From the NCBI GenBank assembly GCA_965279525.1, contig CBDIIB010000004.1, forward strand, positions 224,001 through 288,000: a DNA stretch of 64,000 nt, written 5' to 3'. This document shows positions 22,154 to 31,006 of this stretch, one piece after another. How positions within the stretch are numbered: position 1 is the stretch's first letter; each line of letters begins with the position of its first letter. The notes below the pieces were generated by a model. That model ran no database searches. It saw only the letters and a program-made list of their open reading frames with translations, and was not told the DNA's origin. The DNA comes from Tagaea sp. (lineage in GTDB: Bacteria > Pseudomonadota > Alphaproteobacteria > CACIAM-22H2). A program made the translations under genes and the position numbers.

Positions 22154-22618
22154 ATGATTCGCCTTCCGTCTGCATGCGCTATTTTCTGGGCTGCACTCAT
22201 CCTGCTGTCGTGGGGCGCATTGTCTCAGGCACACGCGCAAAGCGACACATGCCGGATTGCACGCGCGGCGAAATGCGAGGGCGCCAATCTCGAAGGGCGG
22301 GATCTGCGTGGCGCCAATCTGCGCGATGCCAATATGAAAGGTGCGAGGCTCCGAGGCGCCAACCTGACGGGCGCGGATCTTGGCGGTGCCAATTTCTCCG
22401 ATGCCGACATGCGCTTCACCAATCTTGCCGGCGCGGCGCTTTTCGGAGTCATTTTTGTCAATACGGACCTGACTGGCGCCGGCCTGCGCTTCCAGGACAT
22501 CCGGTCCGACACCGATCTTTCCGGCGCCACGATGCCGGACGGCAAGCGTTGTTCGTCCCCGTCCATCGGCGACTGCAAGAACCCGACTGCGGCGCCGCCG
22601 GCGCCCCAGCGGCGCTGA
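22154..22618 (+). CDS. Secreted pentapeptide-repeat protein
   Basis: Signal peptide ending AHA, tandem A[N/D]LxG repeats and C-terminal LSGATMPDGKRC. Confidence 0.9.
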   Translation: MIRLPSACAIFWAALILLSWGALSQAHAQSDTCRIARAAKCEGANLEGRDLRGANLRDANMKGARLRGANLTGADLGGANFSDADMRFTNLAGAALFGVIFVNTDLTGAGLRFQDIRSDTDLSGATMPDGKRCSSPSIGDCKNPTAAPPAPQRR

Positions 22619-22655
22619 CAAGCGCGGCAAGCCGGGCCGCCTGACCGAATTCGAC

Positions 22656-25022
22656 ATGCCCCCGGAAGAACCGCAAGAGACCCAGGCCATCGAGATCGCA
22701 CGGCTTCGACGCGAGCTTGCGCGCGAGCGGGCGCTCCTGCGTGCCGTACTCGACAACATGGACGAAGGCGTCGTCGTTTCGGACGCCGGTTTCAAGGTCG
22801 TCGCCTATAACCAACGCTTCGTCGACTATTACGCCGTCCCGCCGGAAGTGACGAAGGCGGCCGACCCGCAGCGCGAAATGGCGCGGTTCATGGTCGCGCG
22901 TGGCGCGCTCGACGTTCAGGCCGCGTTCCGGACATGGCGGGAAGGGTCGCAAGGTGCCACGTTCGAGGTCTCGCGCCCCGACGGACGGGTGCTGGAGGTC
23001 CATTCCAATCCGCTTCCCGAAGGCGGCTTCGTGTCGACCTATATCGACGTGACCGACCGCAAGCGCGCACAGGCCGAACTCGTGCGGATGCGCCAGTTCG
23101 CCGAATCCGCGAACGACGCGAAATCGCGGTTTCTTGCGGCGATGAGTCACGAGATACGCACGCCGATGAACGGCGTGCTCGCGATGCTCGAGCTCCTGCA
23201 CGATACCGGGCTCGACGGCGAGCAGGATTCGATGGTCGAGATTGTGCGCGAGAGCGCATCTTCGCTTCTGAAGATCATCGACGACATCCTCGATTTCTCG
23301 AAGATCGAAGCCGGCAAGCTCGATCTTGAGCGTATCGAGATCCCGCCGCGCACCATCGTGGAGAGCGTCGTCGAGACGCTCGCCCCGCAGGCGCGGCGCA
23401 AGGGCCTCGAGCTGACGTCGCGGATCGATCCGCTTGTGCCGGCCATTGTCCTCGGCGATCCGGTACGGCTCCGGCAGATCCTGTTCAATCTGGTCGGCAA
23501 TGCCATCAAGTTTACCGAGAAGGGCGAAGTCGCGGTCGAGGTGGTGCCGGTCGCGAATGCCGTTGCCGGGACCTTGCGCTTTTCCGTCCGGGATTCCGGA
23601 ATCGGTCTCGATGCCGATGCCATCGGTCGCCTGTTCCAGCCTTTCAGCCAGGCCGATACGTCGACGACGCGCCGCTTCGGCGGAACCGGCCTTGGCCTTT
23701 CGATCTCGACACGTCTTGTCGAACTGATGGGCGGCCGGTTGTCCGTGGACAGCGAGCCAGGTGCAGGTTCGAATTTCTGGTTCTCCATCCGGCTCGATGT
23801 TGTGGCGCCGCAGGAGCCCCAGCTGTCGCTTGCGGGAAAGCGCGTCGCGGTCGTCGAGCCCCGGACCACGTCGCGCGGGATTTTCGAGGCGTACCTGTCG
23901 GCGGCAGGTGCCGACGTCGTCTGCATGGTCGAGCCGCGTGCCGCACTCGACCTGATCGAGCGGGCGGCCGAAAGCGGATCGCCTTTCGATGCGGTGATCG
24001 TCGATTTCGGCCTCGACGGGATCGACGGGATCGTGCTCGGCGAAACGATCCGCGGCACACCGCTGCTTTTCGAAACGCGCATCGTCCTGACGAGTGCCGT
24101 CGACCGGTCTGGGCTGCGCAAGAAGGCTCTCGATCGCGGGATCGACGCTTTCCTGCTGAAGCCGGTGCGCCGGGACATGCTGCTGCGCGCCGTGCTCGGC
24201 GGCACGGTCGACGTAACGCCGCGGCCGGCAAGCACGGTAAAGCCCGTCGCTGGCGGGCTGGTTCTTGTCGCCGAGGACAATCCGACCAACCGGGCCGTCG
24301 TCACCCGGCAGCTTGCGAAACTCGGCTACTCGCACGAAGTCGTCGGCGATGGCCGGTCGGCGTTCGAGCGTTGGCGCAAGGGCGGGCTCGACGCGATCCT
24401 GACCGATTGCCACATGCCTGTCTGGGACGGATTCGAGCTGGCAAAGCAGATCCGCTCCGCGGAGCTTGGCGGTTCGACGCACACGCCGATCGTCGCCTTG
24501 ACCGCCAACGCGCTGGCCGGGGAGGCGGAGCGTTGTCTTGCTGCCGGAATGGACGACTTCGTCGCCAAGCCGGCGACATTGGCGGCACTCGCCCGGGCGC
24601 TTGCCAATGTCCTGGGGCGAGGGGAAGCGCCGGCCGCAGAAGACGAGACGCCCGGTTCAGCGGGCGGCGGGGATTTCGATTTTGCAGCACTCAAGCAGCT
24701 CTATGGCGGGGACAGCGACGACCTGCGCCAGGTCATCGGCCTGTATTTCGAGAATGGCGGTCGGCTGGTCGAAGAAATGTCGGCGGCGGCGAGTTCGCGC
24801 GATGCCGAAGCGGGCAAGGACGCGGCGCATGCGCTCAAAGGCGCCTCGCGGACGATCGGCGCACTCGGGGTCGGCGAGGCCGCAAATTCCCTCGAAGCGG
24901 CGTTTTCGGCAGCGGACTGGCTGGCGGTGGCTGACGGGATCGAGTCCGTGCGTTCGCGGTTCGAAACCGCGCGGGCGAAACTGCTAATGGCGCTCTCGCC
25001 TGCGGGCGGCGCATTGCGCTAG
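22656..25022 (+). CDS. Cytoplasmic hybrid histidine kinase (PAS-HisKA-HATPase-REC-REC-Hpt)
   Basis: Motifs MSHEIRTPMNG, NLVGNAIKFT, DSGIG and GGTGLGL; two receivers (VIVDFGL, ILTDCHMP); Hpt AHALKGAS; no TM segment. Confidence 0.95.
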   Translation: MPPEEPQETQAIEIARLRRELARERALLRAVLDNMDEGVVVSDAGFKVVAYNQRFVDYYAVPPEVTKAADPQREMARFMVARGALDVQAAFRTWREGSQGATFEVSRPDGRVLEVHSNPLPEGGFVSTYIDVTDRKRAQAELVRMRQFAESANDAKSRFLAAMSHEIRTPMNGVLAMLELLHDTGLDGEQDSMVEIVRESASSLLKIIDDILDFSKIEAGKLDLERIEIPPRTIVESVVETLAPQARRKGLELTSRIDPLVPAIVLGDPVRLRQILFNLVGNAIKFTEKGEVAVEVVPVANAVAGTLRFSVRDSGIGLDADAIGRLFQPFSQADTSTTRRFGGTGLGLSISTRLVELMGGRLSVDSEPGAGSNFWFSIRLDVVAPQEPQLSLAGKRVAVVEPRTTSRGIFEAYLSAAGADVVCMVEPRAALDLIERAAESGSPFDAVIVDFGLDGIDGIVLGETIRGTPLLFETRIVLTSAVDRSGLRKKALDRGIDAFLLKPVRRDMLLRAVLGGTVDVTPRPASTVKPVAGGLVLVAEDNPTNRAVVTRQLAKLGYSHEVVGDGRSAFERWRKGGLDAILTDCHMPVWDGFELAKQIRSAELGGSTHTPIVALTANALAGEAERCLAAGMDDFVAKPATLAALARALANVLGRGEAPAAEDETPGSAGGGDFDFAALKQLYGGDSDDLRQVIGLYFENGGRLVEEMSAAASSRDAEAGKDAAHALKGASRTIGALGVGEAANSLEAAFSAADWLAVADGIESVRSRFETARAKLLMALSPAGGALR

Positions 25023-25034
25023 TCTGCTCCCTGC

Positions 25035-25439
25035 ATGACAGACAATATTTACGCAAAACTCGGCGCAATGGTCGTGGACGATCAAGCCGTCGTCCGCACG
25101 ATGCTTCTGAAGATGCTCGAGCGATTGGGTTTCGGCTTCGTCGACGCGGCCAGCGACGGATCGGCAGCGCTTGACGCTATCCGTCTCGCGGATCGCCTTC
25201 CGAGCCTGATCATCTGCGATATCGCCATGAAGCCGATGGACGGCCTGACTTTCCTTGCGGCACTGCGTGCGATGCCGGAGATCCACCGGGCGCGGATACC
25301 CGTTGTGCTGTTGACGGCGACGGCGACCGGCGATCTGGCCCAGCGCGCGCGCGAACTGCGCGCCAACGGGTACATCGTCAAGCCTGTCACGCCCGAAGTG
25401 CTCGCGCTGCGCGTCGAGCGGGCACTGGCGGCGGGCTAG
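25035..25439 (+). CDS. Single-domain (CheY-like) response regulator
   Basis: Motifs VVDDQ, ICDIAMKPMDG, LLTA and YIVKP, with no output domain. Confidence 0.93.
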   Translation: MTDNIYAKLGAMVVDDQAVVRTMLLKMLERLGFGFVDAASDGSAALDAIRLADRLPSLIICDIAMKPMDGLTFLAALRAMPEIHRARIPVVLLTATATGDLAQRARELRANGYIVKPVTPEVLALRVERALAAG

Positions 25440-25708
25440 ACTTCGACGTCGAGGGTGTGCTGTCCGGGTTTGCGCTGGGACTTGGCGCCAAGTGCGTTCG
25501 CGTCTTCGTCGACGGACGCATCAGTCTCGCTGCTCGACCGGCCACGACGCGCCGAGTCTGCTTCTCCGGCATGCTTGACGGCCTTTGCCGTCTGTCCACG
25601 TACGCCCGGCGACGACGCGTGCGGCAACGGGATTGCCGTCGGCAGCGGATGGTGATGCGCGACGGCGACCTGAACCGGCATTGGTGGCAGGACAGGAGCA
25701 AGAGGCAT
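25436..25708 (-). CDS. Small low-complexity hypothetical protein ending in ...GQHTLDVEV
   Basis: Fills the gap between convergent genes. Pro/His-rich N-terminus and a terminal LDVEV motif. Confidence 0.55.
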   Translation of the reverse strand: MPLAPVLPPMPVQVAVAHHHPLPTAIPLPHASSPGVRGQTAKAVKHAGEADSARRGRSSSETDASVDEDANALGAKSQRKPGQHTLDVEV

Positions 25709-25771
25709 GATGTGAGAGTACCACAAGTTGCCAAATCGTGCAAAAAACAGCCCGTAAACTATTGATAAATA

Positions 25772-26953
25772 TCAGCGTCCGACTGCGATTTCGAATTCCA
25801 GGATCGATGCCGGACCGTTCGCGAACGACGCCTCGATCCGGATTTTCCGACCTTCTCGAGGGACCGGCACGACCGAGGTGAAGCTGCCGTCCGGGTTGAA
25901 GACGGTCTGACCATCGGCAATCCGGACATCCCGCAGGGTGGCATCGCCACGGACACGCCCGACAAGGCTGACAAAACCGGGATCGAGAACCGTCATCCGC
26001 CGGCCGATCCGGCCCGGATCCCATGCCGGAAAGCTGATCGAAATTTCGCGCGCCGCTCGCGTTGCCGCTGGCGCTGCCGCGGTCGAAGCAGGCCCGGTCA
26101 TTGCGGCCTGGACGAAGCCGACGGTGCCCCTTGCATCGGCAACCAGGAGCCATCCGGGGATCGTGGCTTCCGCAAGCCGGACTAGGGGCTGGCCGACGGC
26201 TGCCGGTGCGACGATCTGTGCGCCGGGATCCGGGGCGGCGCGCAAGGCCGTCGCGCGCGAAACTGCCAGCGTCCCGGTCATCCCCCGCACGGAGATGCGC
26301 GGACTCGATTGGGCCTCTGCCGGCGGCGGTCGGACCGCAGAGGGCGCACCGCGCTGGCGCAGTTCGTTCTCGACGCGCCGGACGCGCTCGATCAACACGA
26401 TGTTCTCCTGGCGCAGGCGTTCGATCTCGGGAACGACATAGGGGCCGTCGAGCTCTTCAAGGCGCGCGCGCGCCGCCACGTATGCCTGCCGGAGCGTTTC
26501 GACCGATTCCGGCAGCCGGCCCGCCAGTTCGAAAGCATGGCTCGGGAACGCAAGCCGCCCGGTCAGCCGCCCGTCGGCAATCCGGACATCGAGGGAAATG
26601 CGGCCTTGCGGTGTACCGGGATCCGGAATCTCGGCACGAAATCGGCCATCTGCAGATGCAAGGCCGCTGAACACGAGGTCGCGTGCCGGAATTTCGATCG
26701 TATAGGTTCCGTTCTCGCGACGGATTTCCCAGATCGTGCGCGGGTTGCCGATCTGGGCGCGTACGGCAAGTCCGAGGATCGGGATCGACGCGAGACCCTG
26801 GTTGACCGGGGGGCCGGTTTCGGCAACCAGCCAGAAACCCGAGGGATCCTCGAGCGGAGCGACCTGCGCCCGAGCGGGCACCGGTCCGGAAAGGCAGAGC
26901 CAGACCAGAACCGGAACGGCGCGCAGGATCAGTCCGAGGGAATTTCCTTGCAT
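25772..26953 (-). CDS. Exported multidomain protein with SH3b-like and Ig-like segments
   Basis: Signal peptide ending ARA-Q, a coiled coil, ALRAAPDPGA...GWLLV...GFV (SH3b-like) and a beta-rich C-terminus. Confidence 0.7.
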   Translation of the reverse strand: MQGNSLGLILRAVPVLVWLCLSGPVPARAQVAPLEDPSGFWLVAETGPPVNQGLASIPILGLAVRAQIGNPRTIWEIRRENGTYTIEIPARDLVFSGLASADGRFRAEIPDPGTPQGRISLDVRIADGRLTGRLAFPSHAFELAGRLPESVETLRQAYVAARARLEELDGPYVVPEIERLRQENIVLIERVRRVENELRQRGAPSAVRPPPAEAQSSPRISVRGMTGTLAVSRATALRAAPDPGAQIVAPAAVGQPLVRLAEATIPGWLLVADARGTVGFVQAAMTGPASTAAAPAATRAAREISISFPAWDPGRIGRRMTVLDPGFVSLVGRVRGDATLRDVRIADGQTVFNPDGSFTSVVPVPREGRKIRIEASFANGPASILEFEIAVGR

Positions 26954-27153
26954 CCGAGAATCACGAATCCCTGTTCTTGCGGGTAACGGGCGCGGATCCG
27001 CGCCGTCGCATCCTTCTCGTTCATCGCCGTGATTTCGATGAAGTGCTGATTCTGCCATTCGTCCTTGTATATCTTGTGCTGCTCGCCACGTGCGACGGCC
27101 GCGCGGACCTGTTCGTTGAAAATCGCAAACTCGTACTTGTTTCGCTTGAACAT
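26929..27153 (-). CDS. Hypothetical protein (74 aa)
   Basis: GGAG RBS, protein-like sequence (YEFAIFN...RYPQEQGFVI) and overlap with the downstream gene start. Confidence 0.75.
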   Translation of the reverse strand: MFKRNKYEFAIFNEQVRAAVARGEQHKIYKDEWQNQHFIEITAMNEKDATARIRARYPQEQGFVILGCKEIPSD

Positions 27154-27186
27154 CGCGGCTCCATCCGTCTCCTTCCGGCACCTGGA

Positions 27187-28437
27187 TCAGACGGATCGGT
27201 TGCTTCGCCGCCATCCGCGCCGACTATTGCCCCGTATGAACCACAGCCACGCCAAGACTTGCAACCCGGTCGCGACCGATAGTGCAATAGTATGCCCTGT
27301 TGCCGGTTCAGACTGAAACATGTTCAGGATTTCGCCGACAGACCACTGCACCGCGAAGGCGGTAAAAAATACCACAAGATTTATCGCCGCGTTGACCCGC
27401 CCCGCCATTTCCGGCGGCGCCTGCTGGGTCAGCACCGCGTAGCCCACGACCGTACCGCAGCCGAGAAAGCCGAACGCGGTCCATGCAAGCAGCGGCAGTC
27501 CGGTCCAGCCCGCCGCCAGCGGTATCTGAAGCAGGATGAAAAGAGCGGAGTAGACGGCGAACGAACTCGCCGTCGGAATTCCGCGCGCGGCAAGTCTGTC
27601 TGCCAATGCCCCCAAGATCGGATAACTGAACGCCATCGCACCGGTCACCAGTGCCATGCCCAGTGCCGCACCTGTTCGATCCAGTCCCGCGACGTCGCGC
27701 AACCAAGGCCCGGCCCAGAGCGTCTGATAGGCGAGGTACGTGCCGTGCGAGATCCCGGTGAGGGCCGTGATGCGCCAGAACGATCCGCTCGCGAGCAGGT
27801 CCGCGATCCCGCGGGCCTGCCTGGCGAGGGTCGTGCGGACGGCAACGGGCGGCGGATCGGGCGAAACGAACCAGATGCATGCAGCCACACCGACGGTCGC
27901 GACGGCCATGATCGCGATGATGCCTCGCCAGTCGGTGACACCCAGCATCCATTCGACGGGAATGGTCGCGCTGACGGCACCAAGGCCGCCGAACCCCATC
28001 AGCAGACCGTTGGCAAGCGGCAGCCGCTCGATCGGCCAGAAAAGCGTATTGGCCTTGAACGCGGCCATCAGACACGAAGACACTCCAAGTCCGATCAGCG
28101 CGCGTCCGACCAGCAGCTCGCCGGCGCTTTGCGCCTGGGCGAAAATGATCGCGCCCGCTGCCGCAATGCACAACAAGGCAGCCTCCGTGCGACGCGGCCC
28201 CCAGCGGTCGAGCGCGATCCCGAGCGGAAGCTGGGCCAGTGCGAAAGTCGCGAAGTAGGCGGAAGTGATCGCACCGTACGCCGCCGGATCGAGCGCAAGT
28301 TCGCCGGACAGGTCCGGACCGATCGCGGCGTTAACCGCCCGAAACGCGTAGGAGAGAAAGTATCCGGCCGCAAAGGGCAGGAAACAGCACGCCACGCGTG
28401 CGGTGAAGTTCGGGGGGGCCGATCTCAAGGGATTCAA
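27187..28437 (-). CDS. MFS transporter
   Basis: About 12 TM segments and motif A (GIALDRWGPRR). The TTG start overlapping the upstream stop is inferred. Confidence 0.9.
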   Translation of the reverse strand: MNPLRSAPPNFTARVACCFLPFAAGYFLSYAFRAVNAAIGPDLSGELALDPAAYGAITSAYFATFALAQLPLGIALDRWGPRRTEAALLCIAAAGAIIFAQAQSAGELLVGRALIGLGVSSCLMAAFKANTLFWPIERLPLANGLLMGFGGLGAVSATIPVEWMLGVTDWRGIIAIMAVATVGVAACIWFVSPDPPPVAVRTTLARQARGIADLLASGSFWRITALTGISHGTYLAYQTLWAGPWLRDVAGLDRTGAALGMALVTGAMAFSYPILGALADRLAARGIPTASSFAVYSALFILLQIPLAAGWTGLPLLAWTAFGFLGCGTVVGYAVLTQQAPPEMAGRVNAAINLVVFFTAFAVQWSVGEILNMFQSEPATGHTIALSVATGLQVLAWLWFIRGNSRRGWRRSNRSV

Positions 28438-28769
28438 GCCGCTTCGAAAAGTCCGCGGCCCTTGTCGGTGAGTTTGCAGACCAGCCAGTCCGGCTTGGTC
28501 GGGTTCGCATACCAAGGCTCGCACCAGCCCTTTTCGATGCAGGCCTTCACGGTCCGGTGGTCGACGCGTTTGGCTTCTTCGAGAAACAGCGGAAGCTTGC
28601 CGCCAGGCTGCTGCAGACCGCGTGCGAGCCATGCGCGCTGGAATGCGGTCGGCTCTCCCGGAGCGGGCGGAAGGCCTTTCGGCCGACGCTCGCCGTCGCG
28701 GTGCGGAGCAGGTGGATCGTCGAATCCGGATATGCGGCGCACCGGGAAGGGGATGGGGGAACCGGTCAT
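28434..28769 (-). CDS. Hypothetical protein (~111 aa), possible winged-helix-like C-terminus
   Basis: Segments WLARGLQQPGGKLPLF and GWCEPWYANPTKPDWLVCKLTDKGR. Confidence 0.7.
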   Translation of the reverse strand: MTGSPIPFPVRRISGFDDPPAPHRDGERRPKGLPPAPGEPTAFQRAWLARGLQQPGGKLPLFLEEAKRVDHRTVKACIEKGWCEPWYANPTKPDWLVCKLTDKGRGLFEAA

Positions 28770-29209
28770 TTTTCTTTCGTTCTGGAAGTCTTGCGGCACT
28801 TTAGACCCGAAGCTGCGTTTCGCCAAGTTCAGGGCTCGAAACGCACTCCGGCTTGGTCAATGGCTATCCAAGAACGTCGATTAAGATCGACAAACAGCTT
28901 TTGGTGGAGCATTTTCGTAGTCGAAATCGGGGGGCATGTTGGCCATACAAAGGCCCCAAAGTGGTGGAATTCTGCGTACGACGGAATCTCTGAAGCAGCC
29001 CGTGCGTCCTGCTCCATCGTGCGATTGACCGATATTCGGTAAAAAATTCATGTCTCGATTTGAACCCAATTGGGGGTTCTGTCTTGCTACAGGTTCGCAG
29101 CCGAAGCGGGTACTACTATTGTGCGCCAAATTTGTTGTGTCGAAGATACAAAGAAGGGTAAAACTCGAGGGTACCCGCGTTTTGATTCGTCTATTCAAGG
29201 AGCCCTAAG

Positions 29210-29647
29210 ATGAGCAGTTCCGACTTAACCTCTCGCGTGAAGCCGAAGCGCCGCCGTTCGCGCGCCGAGACACGCCGGACGACACCGGTCGATGTCCAGG
29301 TCGGTCGCAACGTCCGCCGGCGGCGCATCGAGTTGGGGATGTCGCAGACGGCGCTCGCGCAGGCTTGCGGGATCACGTTCCAGCAGATCCAGAAGTACGA
29401 GAACGGCGCCAACCGCGTTTCCGCCTCGAGGCTTTGGCAGTTCGCTGCCGTCCTCGGTGTCCAGGTCGTCTTTTTCTTCGAGGGGCTGGGCTCGCCGAAG
29501 ACGGAGATGAAGGGATCGGTTCCGAGCAAGGCGGAACGCAAGATCGACGATGAAACCGCCAAGATCGCGCGCAAGATCGCGTCGATTCAGGACGAGCGGC
29601 TCAAGAAACGTCTGAAGACGATGCTTGCGGCGCTCGCCGCAAAGTAA
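29210..29647 (+). CDS. XRE-family HTH transcriptional regulator
   Basis: DVQVGRNVRRRRIELGMSQTALA...TFQQIQKYENGANRVSASRL, with AAGGAG RBS. Confidence 0.93.
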   Translation: MSSSDLTSRVKPKRRRSRAETRRTTPVDVQVGRNVRRRRIELGMSQTALAQACGITFQQIQKYENGANRVSASRLWQFAAVLGVQVVFFFEGLGSPKTEMKGSVPSKAERKIDDETAKIARKIASIQDERLKKRLKTMLAALAAK

Positions 29648-29660
29648 TCGAAACGGGACC

Positions 29661-29693
29661 GGGCGGACGGCGCTATTCGCGCGACGTCCGCCC
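29661..29693. terminator. GC-rich hairpin between convergent regulator genes
   Basis: Stem GGGCGGACG (29661-29669) / CGTCCGCCC (29685-29693) with an inner CGC/GCG pairing. Confidence 0.6.
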
Positions 29694-29713
29694 GCCTTCC
29701 TGAAATCCGGCGA

Positions 29714-30103
29714 CTATTCCGTCCGCAATTGATTGTCGTCCATGCGTGCGTTCTGCACGCCGGACTCGTCCGGCTGGGAAGCGCTCTGTCCGCCTTCAAG
29801 CTGGGCAACGCGCGCCATCAGGACTTCGATCTGGAAGTCGAGTTTTCGCGTCGTCTCGGGCGCAAGCGGCAGATCGAACACTTCGGCGACGAAGCGATGC
29901 CGGTCGTGCCAGTCGTTGCGACGCAAGGCCGCGCATGCGGCGATGCGATCGATCATCTGGGCATCGATCTTGCGCGTTCGCCCGCCGAATATCCGCTCAA
30001 GCGTATCCGCGTGGATGCCGCACATTCGTGCGGCGTCCTTTATGCTGATTCCCCGCTTGGCCATTGCGGCCCGAAGGTTTTCGATCAGGTTCGTGTCGGA
30101 CAT
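29714..30103 (-). CDS. XRE/Cro-like HTH protein with C-terminal coiled coil
   Basis: LRAAMAKRGISIKDAARMCGIHADTLERIFGG followed by IEVLMARVAQLE. GGAG RBS. Confidence 0.8.
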   Translation of the reverse strand: MSDTNLIENLRAAMAKRGISIKDAARMCGIHADTLERIFGGRTRKIDAQMIDRIAACAALRRNDWHDRHRFVAEVFDLPLAPETTRKLDFQIEVLMARVAQLEGGQSASQPDESGVQNARMDDNQLRTE

Positions 30104-30487
30104 TTTTGCTCCATGGTTCCGGCCGAAACCGGCGGAGTCTTAGATTGTATCGTCCACTCGACGAGTTCCAGAGATTCGAGCGATTCGAATCTAGCCGGTA
30201 ACCCTCTCGGCAGTCACGCGTCAACGTGTGCAGGACCGCCTTTTGTGTCACCAGACAATTCGCTCCTACGGGAATTGCCGGTAGTCGACTTTTTCTCCAG
30301 GTGTCCCCGTACAATTGTAGAAGTCCATGTATGTCCATATGAAAACAATGCTGTTCGGGACAATTCGCTTTCCAGAACCGCGATATTTCCGACGTTGCAC
30401 ATTTGCGCTTACAAGGCGGTGGAAGTGCTCTGGGCCTGTCCTTTTGTATTCGTCGAACGCGACGTTTACCCATTACAGGAGAGCAAA

Positions 30488-30874
30488 ATGACAACGGACA
30501 ACATGGCCCGCGCGCTCCGCCCGCGGAACCCGAGTGCGGAAATCGGTACCCTCGACCCGCATGCGATGCCGGCGAGACAAGCACGCGTGCAGCCGCCCGC
30601 GCTCGTCGAGACGGTGGATCCCCAGGCGGCCGGTGGCGGAAAGGCGGCCAAGCCGCAGTATCCCTGCATCGAGATCACGCCGCGAAGCGTCTGGATCGGG
30701 TCGCGCCGTACATCGATCCGGCTGGAGCCGGAATTCTGGACCGCTCTGGGTGAAATCTCCCGCGAGCAGCGCTCGACCATTTCCGGCGTCCTGCTGGATA
30801 TCGAGCGAATCCACGGCCGCAGCCGGTTCGCATCGAAGGTCCGCGTCGCGATCCTGGCTTACTACCGCCGCTGA
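30488..30874 (+). CDS. Ribbon-helix-helix (RHH_4-like) protein
   Basis: RSVWIGSRRTSIRLEPEFWTALGEI...ASKVRVAILAYYR, with AGGAG RBS. Confidence 0.88.
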   Translation: MTTDNMARALRPRNPSAEIGTLDPHAMPARQARVQPPALVETVDPQAAGGGKAAKPQYPCIEITPRSVWIGSRRTSIRLEPEFWTALGEISREQRSTISGVLLDIERIHGRSRFASKVRVAILAYYRR

Positions 30875-31006
30875 TGCTCCACAGCGTCGGGCGGGTGAAC
30901 CCTCTGATTCAACTGTGAATCAGGGGTTGCCCGCCCGGCCCGGAGCTTGTCAGGCAACATTTGTGTTGTTGCCTGACCTCCAGAGCCACCGCATCCTCGC
31001 GGGACA

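Noticed and set aside
22280-22530. Repeated GCCAAT/GCCAAC units as a DNA repeat array or CRISPR
   Set aside because: The 15-nt-multiple periodicity is explained by pentapeptide-repeat coding. No repeat-spacer array or cas gene is seen anywhere in the window.
25729-25743. Sigma-54 promoter (TTGCACGATTTGGCA, minus strand) for the small 25436-25708 gene
   Set aside because: It lacks the invariant GG at -24 and the correct GG-N10-GC spacing.
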